A stretch of 64,000 nucleotides of DNA, taken from positions 12,667 through 76,666 of the forward strand of contig RQSC01000554.1 of assembly GCA_013416795.1 (NCBI GenBank), given 5' to 3'. Positions 1 to 9,282 of the stretch are shown in pieces (within the stretch, counting starts at the first letter, position 1; each line of letters begins with the position of its first letter). The translations under genes and the position numbers were made by a program. This stretch comes from Prasinococcaceae sp. CCMP 1430. Lineage: Eukaryota > Plantae > Prasinodermophyta. The notes under the pieces were generated by a model. The model was not told the origin of the DNA. It worked only from the letters and a program-made list of their open reading frames with translations, and searched no databases.

Positions 1-136
1 GCGCGCGTGCGCGCGCGCCTGGCGGGAAAGACGCAACCGAAATCGAAGGAGAAAAACGGCGCGCGGGGGGGGGACGGCGCGCGCGCGCGCGTGGCGCGGC
101 GGCGGCNAACCTCGTTCTGGGCGCTGCCCGCGCGCG

Positions 137-476
137 ATGGATGCGGGCGCTGGAGGCGCCGGCGGCACGGCTGGCGCAGGGGGCGCGGACGGCGCGGCGG
201 CGGGCGCGGTGGCGGCACCGGGTGGCTCGGACGTGGTGCAGCTCGACGTCGGCGGCGTGGCATACCGCACGACGCGCGCCACGCTATGCACGGACGCGTG
301 CTCGATGCTCACGGCGATGTTCGAGCGGCGCTCCCAGCCCGCGGGCGAGGGGGCGACGGTCTTCATCGACCGCGACGGCGCGCGATTCCGCCATGTGCTG
401 AACTGGCTGCGCAACGGCACTGTGCACTGCGGGGGCGACGCGCAGGCGCTCGGCGAGCTCCTTGAAGAGGCCGAAT
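137..476 (+). CDS. BTB/POZ (KCTD-type tetramerisation) domain protein, first exon only
   Basis: VVQLDVGGVAYRTTRATL...FIDRDGARFRHVLNWLR...EEAE is the KCTD BTB signature. It is followed by a GTGAGT donor at 477, and no in-frame continuation is visible. Confidence 0.75.
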
Positions 477-602
477 GTGAGTGTCGGAAGCGCTTCGCGA
501 GCGGCGCGAACCTGCAAGAGCGAGTCTGCGCCACGGAGTGCTGACGCGGCGCCGGCGCGCTGACCTCTCGCGCGCGCCCCCCTCCGCGCGCGCCGCGCGC
601 AG

Positions 603-1119
603 GCGAGCTCGTACGAGGGCACCGAGTCGACCGGCAAGGTGGAGCTCACGCTGGCGCCCAAGTGCGAGATCGCCGGGCGGCACATCCTGCTGGTCGAGGA
701 CATCGTCGACACCGGCGGCACCATCTCGACGCTGCGCGCGCACTTCGAGGCGGCGGGCGCGGCGTCGGTGGCCACGGCGACGCTGCTGGACAAGGTACGG
801 TACCCGGGACACTTCTGCTTTTTCTGTGTTGGTGTTGTCTGCTTGTGTGTGTGTGCGCGTGCGCGTGTCGGCTGGGTTTGGCAGTGCGCCGTGGGAGGGC
901 GCTCGTGGCGCGGCAGCGTCTCTGACACGCGGCGGCCGCCTCTGCTGTGGCTCTCCGCGCTCGCTCGCGCAGGTGGCCCGCCGCACGATCGACGTGCCGG
1001 TGGAGTACGTGGCCTTCGAGTGCGAGGACGCCTTCGTCATCGGCTACGGCCTCGACTTCGACGGCGTCTACCGCAGCCTGCCGTACGTCGGCGTGCTCAA
1101 GCCCGCGCTCTACGAGTGA
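603..1119 (+). CDS. HPRT: Hypoxanthine-guanine phosphoribosyltransferase, C-terminal half (exons 603-794 and 973-1119)
   Basis: ASSYEG, the PRPP motif ILLVEDIVDTGGT, ATLLDK, and FVIGYGLDFDGVYRSLPYVGVLKP. GT-AG intron at 795-972. The N-terminal half is not found. Confidence 0.85.
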
Positions 1120-1403
1120 GCGATCGACCGACCGACCGGAGCAAGCGACCGACCGGAGTGAGCGACCGATCGACCAGCCGACGCTGCTGCTGCTACTACC
1201 GATCGCTCACGACCCAGGTCCAGATGCGCTCCACCCATCGTAGCGCCGTGGTTTCGCACCCCTCGCAAGCCGCAGTGTCGTTCGCAGCTTGGCGCTGGCT
1301 CCACCCGGGCGCGTCAACGGGGGCGACCCAGGACGCGTGAGACTGCCACTCCACACAATTCTTACGGAAGAGCGAAGCTACTGCCATTGCCACGCGCGAG
1401 CTC

Positions 1404-4325
1404 TCACCTCGAAGCTCGTGCGTACGCCGATTGAGTGCTCCAGCGCGCTCGAGTGGATCGACTCTGGACTTCGCGCGAGCGCAGGCGCTGGTATATGCCA
1501 GGTAGTCCTAAGTCAAATTTCCACACGCGCACCGTGTCGTCTTTGCTAGCCGACGCTAGGCGCGAGCCGTCCGGGCTCCAGCACAAGGAGCACATCCAAT
1601 TTCTATGGCCCTCGAGCACCTGCACCGCCTCGCCCGTCCACGCGTCCCACACGCGCACCGTGCTGTCCCAGCTCGCCGACGCTAGGCGTGCGCCGTCGGG
1701 GCTCCAGCGCACTGACCACACCGAATTCCTTTGTCCCTCGATCACGTGCACCGCCTCGCCCGTCGACGCGTCCCACACGCACATCGTGTTGTCCAAGCTC
1801 GCCGACGCCAGGCACCAGCCGTCCGGGCTCCAGCACGTCGAAATCACAGCATCCTCGTGTCCCTCGAGCACGTGCAACGCCTCGCCCGTGGACGCGTCCC
1901 ACACGCGCACCGTGCTGTCGCCGCTCGCCGACGCCAGGCGCGAGCCGTCAGGGCTCCAGCACACCGAGAACACGTAATTGCTATGGCCCTCGAGCACGCG
2001 CACCGCCTCGCCGGTCGACGCGTCCCACACGCGCACCGTCTCGTCCGCGCTTGGCGACGCCAGGCGCGAGCCGTCCGGGCTCCAGCACACCGAGTACACC
2101 CGATGGCTATGTCCCTCCAAGACGTGCACCGCCTCGCCAGTGGACGCATCCCACACGCGCACTGTCTTGTCCTCGCTCGCCGACGCAAGGCGCGAGCCGT
2201 CTGGGCTCCAGCACACTGAGTTCACCAAATCGCTGTGCTCCTCGAGCACGTGCACCGCCTCGCCCGTCGACGCGTCCCACACGCGCACCGTCTCGTCGCA
2301 GCTCGCCGACGCCACCCGCGAGCCGTCCGGGCTCCAGCACGTCGAAATCACAGCATCCTCGTGTCCCTCGAGCACGTGCACCGCCTCGCCGGTCGACGCG
2401 TCCCACACGCGCACCGTCTCGTCCTCGCTCGCCGACGCCACCCGCGAGCCATCTGGGCTCCAGCACGTCGAAAATACAGCATCCTCGTGTCCCCTGAGCT
2501 CGTGCACCACCTGGCCGGTCGACGCGTCCCACACGCACACCGTCTGGTCGTCGCTCGCCGACGCCAGGCGCGAGCCGTCCGGGCTCCAGCACGTCGAGAA
2601 CACGATATAGCTATGTCCCTCGAGCACGCGCACCGCCTCGTAGGTCGACGCGTCCCACACGCGCACCGTGTTGTCGCGGCTCGCCGACGCCAGGCGCGAG
2701 CCGTCCGGGCTCCAGCACGTCGAGATCACGTAATTGCTATGGCCCTCGAGCATGCGCACCGCCTCGTAGGTCGACGCGTCCCACACGCGCACCGTCCCGT
2801 CGTAGCTCGCCGACGCAAAGCGCGAGCCGTCCAGGCTCCAGCACACCGAAGTCACAACATCGCTGTGTCCCGCAAGCTCCCGCATCTCCCTGCCGGTCAA
2901 CGCGTTCCACACGCGCACTGTCTTGTCCTCGCTCGCCGAAGCCAGGCGCAAGCCGTCCGGGCTCCAACACACTCCGTGCACGTAATGCCGGTGTCCATCG
3001 AGCACGCGCACCCTCTCGCCGGTCGACGCGTCCCACACGCGCACCGTCTCGTCGTAGCTCGCCGACGCAAGCCGCGAGCCGTCAGGGCTCCAGCACACTG
3101 ACCCCACCCAATCGCTGTGCCCCTCGAGCACGTGCACCGCCTCGCGGCGGGTCGACGCGTCCCACACGCGCACTGTGTTATCTATGCTCGCCGACGCCAG
3201 GCGCGAGCCGTCCGGGCTCCAGCACACCGAGTTCACCCGATCGCTATGGCCCTCGAGCACGCGCACCGCCTCGCCGGTCGACGCGTCCCACACGCGCACC
3301 GTGTTGTCGTTGCTCGCCGACGCAAAGCGCGCGCCGTCCGGGCTCCAGGACACCGTACGGCTGAGTCCCCTGAACACCTGCACCGACTCGCCGGTCGGCA
3401 CGCGCCACACGCGCACTGTCTTGTCCCTGCTCGCCGACGCCAGGCGCGCGCCGTCCGGGCTCCAGCACACGGAGGGCACGTTATCGCTGTGTCCCTTGAG
3501 CACGTGCACCGCCTCGCCCGTCGACGCGTCCCACACGCGCACCGTCTTGTCCCTGCTCGCCGACGCCAGGCGCGAGCCGTCCGGGCTCCAGCACACTGAC
3601 CACACCAAATCGCTGTGCCCCTCGAGCACGTGCACCGCCTCAAAGCGGGTCAACGCGTCCCACACGCGCACTGTGTTGTCTTCGCTCGCCGACGCCAGGC
3701 ACCAGCCGTCCGGGCTCCAGCACGCTGACCACACGCAATTGCTGTGCCCCTCGAGCACGTGCACCGCCTCGTCAGTGGACGCGTCCCACACGCGCACTGT
3801 CTTGTCCTCGCTCGCCGACGCCAGGCGCGAGCCGTCCGGGCTCCAGCACACCGAGTTCACCCGACCGCTATGTCCCCTGAGCACTTGCACCGCCTCGCCC
3901 GTCGACGCGTCCCACACGCGCACCGTCCTGTCCCAACTCGCCGAAGCCAGGCGCGCGCCGTCGGGGCTCCAGCGCACTGACCACACCCAACTCCTATGGC
4001 CCTCGAGCACGCGCACCGCCTCGCCGGTCGACGCGTCCCACACGCGCACCGCGCTGTCGCCGCTCGCCGATGCCAGGCGCGAGCCGTCCGGGCTCCAGCA
4101 CACTGAGTTCACTCGACTGCTGTGTCCTTCAGCCTCGAGCACCTGCACCACCTCGCCGGTCGACGCGTCCCACACGCGCACTGTCTTGTCCCAGCTCGCC
4201 GACGCCAGCTGCGAGCCGTCCGGGCTCCAGCACGTCGAGACCACGACAGAGTCGTGCCCCTCGAGCACGTGCACCACCCCGACGGTCGGCGCGCGCCACA
4301 CGCACGTGATGCGCGCGGAGTCCAT
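1404..4325 (-). CDS. Stand-alone WD40 repeat protein with 22 highly similar ~42-aa repeats
   Basis: 22 copies of VLEGHxxxVxSVCWSPDGSRLASASxDxTVRVWDASTGEAV counted. Start assumed at ATG 4325; upstream exons could lie in the adjacent N gap. Confidence 0.9.
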   Translation of the reverse strand: MDSARITCVWRAPTVGVVHVLEGHDSVVVSTCWSPDGSQLASASWDKTVRVWDASTGEVVQVLEAEGHSSRVNSVCWSPDGSRLASASGDSAVRVWDASTGEAVRVLEGHRSWVWSVRWSPDGARLASASWDRTVRVWDASTGEAVQVLRGHSGRVNSVCWSPDGSRLASASEDKTVRVWDASTDEAVHVLEGHSNCVWSACWSPDGWCLASASEDNTVRVWDALTRFEAVHVLEGHSDLVWSVCWSPDGSRLASASRDKTVRVWDASTGEAVHVLKGHSDNVPSVCWSPDGARLASASRDKTVRVWRVPTGESVQVFRGLSRTVSWSPDGARFASASNDNTVRVWDASTGEAVRVLEGHSDRVNSVCWSPDGSRLASASIDNTVRVWDASTRREAVHVLEGHSDWVGSVCWSPDGSRLASASYDETVRVWDASTGERVRVLDGHRHYVHGVCWSPDGLRLASASEDKTVRVWNALTGREMRELAGHSDVVTSVCWSLDGSRFASASYDGTVRVWDASTYEAVRMLEGHSNYVISTCWSPDGSRLASASRDNTVRVWDASTYEAVRVLEGHSYIVFSTCWSPDGSRLASASDDQTVCVWDASTGQVVHELRGHEDAVFSTCWSPDGSRVASASEDETVRVWDASTGEAVHVLEGHEDAVISTCWSPDGSRVASASCDETVRVWDASTGEAVHVLEEHSDLVNSVCWSPDGSRLASASEDKTVRVWDASTGEAVHVLEGHSHRVYSVCWSPDGSRLASPSADETVRVWDASTGEAVRVLEGHSNYVFSVCWSPDGSRLASASGDSTVRVWDASTGEALHVLEGHEDAVISTCWSPDGWCLASASLDNTMCVWDASTGEAVHVIEGQRNSVWSVRWSPDGARLASASWDSTVRVWDAWTGEAVQVLEGHRNWMCSLCWSPDGSRLASASKDDTVRVWKFDLGLPGIYQRLRSREVQSRSTRARWSTQSAYARASR

Positions 4326-4672
4326 CGCCTGTCCTGGGCCGCCCGCCGCGCGCGCAGTGACGCGTCCGCCGGCGCGGCGGCCNNNNNNNNNNNNNNNNNN
4401 NNNNNNNNNNNNNNNNNNNNNNNNNNNNNNNNNNNNNNNNNNNNNNNNNNNNNNNNNNNNNNNNNNNNNNNNNNNNNNNNNNNNNNNNNNNNNNNNNNNN
4501 NNNNNNNNNNNNNNNNNNNNNNNNNNNCGCTCCGCTGCCTCGCGGCGCCGCTGCCTGGGCGCGCCCGTCGTGGCTCGCTTCGCCCCCCAATCGATTCCAA
4601 TCGCAACGCCGCCGTGCTCGGCTCTTACTGTGCGCGCGCCCTCGGCCGCCGCCGCCGCGCGCGCGCGCGCGC

Positions 4673-6451
4673 TCAGCCGATGCGCACGAGCATCTTGTTC
4701 TTCTTGCCCGCGGCCAGCAGCACCAGCTTGCCCTCGATGACGTCCTCGTCGGCGATGAGCGCGCCCTCGTCGCCCACCTTGACGTTGTTGACCCGCACGC
4801 CGCCCGACTTGATCATGCGCCGCGCGGCGCTCTTGGAGGGCTGCATGCCCGCGGCGACCATCACGTCGAAGACCGGCGCGCCCGCCACGCGCTCCAGCGG
4901 CAGCGTGGCGGTGGGCATGTCCTCGGCGATGGCCTCGAGCGTCGCCACGTCCAGCACCGTGTCCGAGCCCGGCTTGAGCGCCTCGGTGGCCGCCAGCGCC
5001 GCGCGCAGGCCCTCCTCGCCGTGCACGAAGCGCGTGACCTCCTCGGCGAGCCGCCGCTGGGCGTCGTTGGGCCGGTAGGCGGCCTCGCCCATGCTGGCGG
5101 CGATGGCGTCCACCTCCTCCAGCGGCAGGAAGGTGAGCATGCGCAGGAACTTGACGACGTCCGCGTCGGCCGTCTTGAAGATCGCCTGGTAGAACTTGAA
5201 GGGGGACAGCTTCTCGGGCGACAGCCAGATGGCGCCGTCCACCGACTTGCCGAACTTGGTGCCGTCGGCCTTGAGGAGCAGGGGGAAGGTCAGCCCGAAG
5301 GCGGGCGGGCTGGTGGTGGTGGTGGTGGTGGTGGTGGTGGTCTCCTGCTCCTGCTCCTGCTGCTGCGAGGAGGAGGAGGGCGAGGACGAGGACACCTCCT
5401 CCTGCTCCCCTGCCGCCTCCGGGGCGTCCGAGGAGGCGCCCGAGCTCGTCGCCGTCTTGCGGATGAGGTCGGTGCCAGCGGTGATGTTGCCCCACTGGTC
5501 GGAGCCGCCGATCTGCACGCGCACGCCGTGCTCGCGGTGGAGGTGCGCGAAGTCCCACCCCTGGAGCAGCTGGTAGGAGAACTCGGTGAAGCTCATGCCG
5601 TCCTCGGAGGACAGGCGCGACTTGACGCTGTCCTTGTTCATCATGACCGACACGCGCGCGAAGCGCCCGATGTCGCGCAGGAACTCCAGGGCGCTCATGT
5701 CGCGGTACCAGCTCATGTTGTCGAGGATGGCGATGGAGCCGGCGGTGGCATCGGCGGTGGTGGCGTCGGCGCTCGAGTCGTCCGCGCCCTCTGCCTCCTC
5801 CCCGCCCTCCTCCCCCGCGACGACGTCGACCTCCGCGCGCAGCAGCTTGCCCAGCTGCGCGCCGATGGCGCGCAGGTTGCGCTCCAGGACCTCGTCGTCC
5901 ATCATGGGCCGCTCGGCGGACTTGCCGCTCGGGTCGCCGATGCGCGCGGTCGCGCCGCCCACGAGCGCGACCGCGCCGTGGCCGCAGCGGCGGAACCACT
6001 CGAGCACCACGATGCCCAGCAGGTTGCCCAGGTGGAGGGAGTCGGCCGTCGGGTCGAAGCCGCAGTACACGCGGAGGGAGTGATTGTTAGCTGCGGAGCG
6101 CAGCGCGTCCTCGGCGGTGACGGCGTCGATCAGGCCGCGGGAGCGCAGGACGTCGATGATGTTGTTGCTGTTTGAGGAGGGGGTGGTGTTAGGTGGTTGC
6201 TGCTGCTGCTGCTGCGAATGCTGCGAATGCTGCTGCTGCGAAGACGGGGCGCCCTCGGCGGCGGCGGTGGTGGTGGTGGTGGCGGCGTCGCGAGCGGACG
6301 AGCGCACGGGGGAGCACACGGGGGAGCACAGGCGGTGCGCCTTGCGGCTGCGGCGCGGCGCAGCAACAACGGGGCGGGACGCGCCGCGCCGGCGCCGGCC
6401 GCGCGACGCGAACGCCGAGAAGCGGCGGCCCGCTTTTGCGGCGAGCAGCAT
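4673..6451 (-). CDS. tyrS: Tyrosyl-tRNA synthetase, bacterial/organellar type, with transit peptide and C-terminal S4 domain
   Basis: YCGFDPTADSLHLGN (HIGH-like), QIGGSDQWGNI, KFGKS (KMSKS-like), and S4-like SKSAARRMIKSGGVRVN. Ala/Arg/Ser-rich N-terminus. Confidence 0.97.
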   Translation of the reverse strand: MLLAAKAGRRFSAFASRGRRRRGASRPVVAAPRRSRKAHRLCSPVCSPVRSSARDAATTTTTAAAEGAPSSQQQHSQHSQQQQQQPPNTTPSSNSNNIIDVLRSRGLIDAVTAEDALRSAANNHSLRVYCGFDPTADSLHLGNLLGIVVLEWFRRCGHGAVALVGGATARIGDPSGKSAERPMMDDEVLERNLRAIGAQLGKLLRAEVDVVAGEEGGEEAEGADDSSADATTADATAGSIAILDNMSWYRDMSALEFLRDIGRFARVSVMMNKDSVKSRLSSEDGMSFTEFSYQLLQGWDFAHLHREHGVRVQIGGSDQWGNITAGTDLIRKTATSSGASSDAPEAAGEQEEVSSSSPSSSSQQQEQEQETTTTTTTTTTSPPAFGLTFPLLLKADGTKFGKSVDGAIWLSPEKLSPFKFYQAIFKTADADVVKFLRMLTFLPLEEVDAIAASMGEAAYRPNDAQRRLAEEVTRFVHGEEGLRAALAATEALKPGSDTVLDVATLEAIAEDMPTATLPLERVAGAPVFDVMVAAGMQPSKSAARRMIKSGGVRVNNVKVGDEGALIADEDVIEGKLVLLAAGKKNKMLVRIG

Positions 6452-6788
6452 GGCTTGGCTGCTGCTGCTCGAGTCGAGCCTCTCGCTGGTTTGGGGCGGC
6501 GGCTGCGAGGGATGTTGCGAGGGGTGCGCGCCGCGGGGGGGGGCGCGCGCGCGCGCGCTGTGGCGCGACGCCGTCGCGACGCGGTGCGCGCGACGAAACC
6601 CTTGCTGTCATCACGAGCGGTCTTCCAAAAAATCGTCCGCCTCGCCAGGCGGATTTACGCCCGCCTCAAAATCGTTTTAAGTGAGCGCTGCGTGGGAAAG
6701 GGCGTGCGGGTTTACCAGGGCTACTCATGGAGATTTTCTTCACCCCCCTCCGCAGTTGCAGCGAGGCGCCGTCGGCGGGGGGCGGCGG

Positions 6789-7394
6789 ACGCACCAGGGT
6801 CGACGGATTAGGGGAATAGGGTTGATGGAGGAAGCGGGGTCGTTGGATTAGGGAATCAGGGTCGAGGGAGGAACCAGGGTCGTGGGATTAGGGCACCAGG
6901 GTCGGCGGACGCACCAGGGTCGTGGGATTAGGGCACCAGGGTCGACGGACGCACCAGGGTCGTGGGATTAGGGCACCAGGGTCGACGGACGCACCAGGGT
7001 CGACGGATTAGGGCACCAGGTCGACGGATTAGGGTGTGCTGGGTTTTAATTTTTTCCGCACCAGGGTCGGCGGATTAGGGCACCAGGGTCGGCGGACGCA
7101 CCAGGGTCGTGGGATTAGGGCACCAGGGTCGGCGGATTAGGGTGTGCTGGGTTTTAATTTTTTCCGCACCAGGGTCGACGGACGCACCAGGGTCGTGGGA
7201 TTAGGGCACCAGGGTCGGCGGACGCACCAGGGTCGTGGGATTAGGGCACCAGGTCGACGGATTAGGGTGTGCTGGGTTTCTAATGGCATATTCAGCCTCG
7301 GTTCATATGGGTTATCGGGTCAGAGGAGGGTCCGCACACGAGCGCATTTCGATGCGGCGGCGGTTCCCCGAGGGGTACGGGGAGCGGATTAGGG
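6789..7394. repeat. G-rich minisatellite with TTAGGG cores (18- and 22-bp variant units, higher-order 40-bp and ~115-bp periods)
   Basis: Units GCACCAGGGTCGNNGGAC and GCACCAGGGTCGNNGGATTAGG alternate. The block GGATTAGGGTGTGCTGGGTTT recurs near 7026, 7134 and 7259. Confidence 0.9.
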
Positions 7395-7842
7395 CATCGA
7401 CGCGCGGGCGGCGCGCGCGCTGCGCGCGCCACTCTTGCTGCTTTGCGCGCCGCCGCGCGCAAAGCAACCCCCGCGGCGTGCGCGCCGCGAGAGTCACCCA
7501 GCGGCCTGTTGGGTGTCTCGGCAGCGGCGAGCGGGCGCCACGGCGCGCGGGGGCGCGGGTGCGATTGCGAGAGATCTGGCGCGCTCTGAATCGGAGGTGC
7601 TCACGAGGGACGACGATATTGATGGGGGGGGAAACGTTGGCTGGCGAGAATGATGCTGCGCGAGGCGTGCGTGCAGGTCGGTTTCGTTTCGGCGGTTCGC
7701 CGGCGCACAAGCGCCGCGGCGCGGCGGATTGGTATAATTGAAGGTGTTGGGAAAAAAGTGAAAAAAAGTAAAAAAAAAATGTTTATGAGAGGTTTGGTGT
7801 GGTGTGGTTTTGATGGTTGTTAATAGATGAATGTAAATGTGC

Positions 7843-7849
7843 AAAAAAA
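7843..7849 (-). terminator. RNA polymerase III terminator (T7) of the tRNA-Leu gene
   Basis: Seven T on the minus strand, 2 nt after the discriminator base. Confidence 0.8.
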
Positions 7850-7851
7850 GC

Positions 7852-7964
7852 TGACATCTGCAGGATTCGAACCTGCGCTCTTTCGAACAAGAACCTTAAT
7901 AGAACATTCGCGACGCACCTGCGCGGCGAAGCTTGCGCCTTAGACCAAACTCGGCCAAGATGTC
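7852..7964 (-). tRNA. trnL-AAG: tRNA-Leu(AAG) with a 31-nt intron at non-canonical position 30/31 (intron 7901-7931)
   Basis: Acceptor stem GACATCT/AGATGTC, A-box TGGCCGAGTTTGG, anticodon arm CAAG^A-TTAAGGT-TCTTG, long variable arm, T-arm GCAGG-TTCGAAT-CCTGC, downstream T7. Confidence 0.92.
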
Positions 7965-8036
7965 CAGGATGGTTGGCAAGTCGAAATTACTGCTTAAGTT
8001 TCAATGTCCACAGAACCGCCTCATCCTCTCCCCTGT

Positions 8037-8151
8037 CACACGCGCCGGCGGTGCTCCGCGCGGGGGGATGCGAAGGGACACAGGTCGCAGCGACACACGC
8101 GCCGGCGGTGCTCCGCGGGGGGGGGATGCGAAGAGGCACAGGTCGCAGCGA
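8037..8151. repeat. Tandem duplication of ~57 bp, two copies
   Basis: CACACGCGCCGGCGGTGCTCCGCG...GGATGCGAAG...CACAGGTCGCAGCGA starts at 8037 and 8094. Confidence 0.85.
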
Positions 8152-8409
8152 TCGCTTTCGCGAGGGCGGCGGGGTGCGACGAACACCCGCGGACTCGTCA
8201 ATTTTCGTTCGTGTTTTTTTTAATATGCATTCCATACTACAGTACTGTCATTTCGCGGTGGGTCAAGCGTGGCGGGTGGAGTGGTGGTGGCAGGTGGAGT
8301 GGTGGACTGCGAGACTTGTGTTGATGGTTAGCGCTCTGACGAGGCACCTGGTTCGGGGGAAGCCAATGACAATGCCATCAATGCGGCTGCCGAACGCTGG
8401 TTCGCCCTC

Positions 8410-9282
8410 GTGCCCGGCATCACCGACGCCCAGAAAAGAAAGGCTTTGAAGCCCAATAGGAAGAAGAAGGACACCCTCCGCGGCCGCCTTTGCGACACAC
8501 AAGCCGTCCAGAGCGAGCAGCAAGACAAACTTCAGGAGCTATGGAAGCTCCTCGAGTGTACAGAAAACGACGATGCTCTCTTCAAATTGAAGGTGGCAGG
8601 ACTCTCGTCATCGGTGACACGCAAGTGTCTTGCCTCAAAGTTCAATGCATCACAACTTGTTGAACTGGCGAACCTTCTCTTCAACGCCGCTGCCGATGGC
8701 CATGAGCCGAGCACCCCCCATCAGCGCCTCTCTTGTTTCACGCATTGCGGGAGCTTCGTGGCCGTCCTCGACCCGAAACCGAAGAAGGGACGGAAGGGAC
8801 AAAGGGAGTCGTTCGAGGAGGCGAAGGTGCGCGTCTCCAGGAGCGCGAAGGCGGCAGCGATCTTGTTTGCGCCAGGCCAGGCAGCCATGTACACATGGCG
8901 TAGGATGAGCTGCCTTGGGCGCTCGGGGTTTTGTGCGCGTTTGCACGAGCCCGGGAGCGAGGAGCGTGCCACCGAGATCGTTGCAAGGGCGAAGGCCCTG
9001 CTGCGCGCAGCAGGCTATGAAGACGCCGACACGGAAGGAACGGCGCACAGCATGACACTCGAAGGCCTCTTCACCACCCTCCGCCATGAAGATGGCCTTC
9101 CTGCAGACTTTGTAGCAGTCGCGCAGCAGTTGTGGGCAGAGCCTCGGCCTGCATCATGGGCCGATGATGAGAAGATGGACTGCTTCCAGAACGGGAAATT
9201 CCGCGGGAAATTCGAACGCCTCCTTCGAGAGCGTCTCGCTGCACGACCGCCGGCGGACGCCGCAGCCGGCCCCCCGGAGTAA
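8410..9282 (+). CDS. Hypothetical protein, 290 aa, intronless, basic N-terminus
   Basis: The ATG-initiated ORF has a non-shadow composition (many A/T third positions, balanced residues). No recognisable domain. Confidence 0.45.
   Translation: MPGITDAQKRKALKPNRKKKDTLRGRLCDTQAVQSEQQDKLQELWKLLECTENDDALFKLKVAGLSSSVTRKCLASKFNASQLVELANLLFNAAADGHEPSTPHQRLSCFTHCGSFVAVLDPKPKKGRKGQRESFEEAKVRVSRSAKAAAILFAPGQAAMYTWRRMSCLGRSGFCARLHEPGSEERATEIVARAKALLRAAGYEDADTEGTAHSMTLEGLFTTLRHEDGLPADFVAVAQQLWAEPRPASWADDEKMDCFQNGKFRGKFERLLRERLAARPPADAAAGPPE

Noticed and set aside
1404-5999. 1531-aa ORF suggesting a large N-terminal domain fused to the WD40 array
   Set aside because: Its N-terminal part is a shifted-frame shadow of TyrRS read through the 145-N gap, and it has no NACHT or NB-ARC motifs.
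6789-7394. CRISPR array or true telomere
   Set aside because: There are no unique spacers and no cas genes, and the context is eukaryotic. The TTAGGG cores are interrupted and internal rather than a pure terminal tandem.
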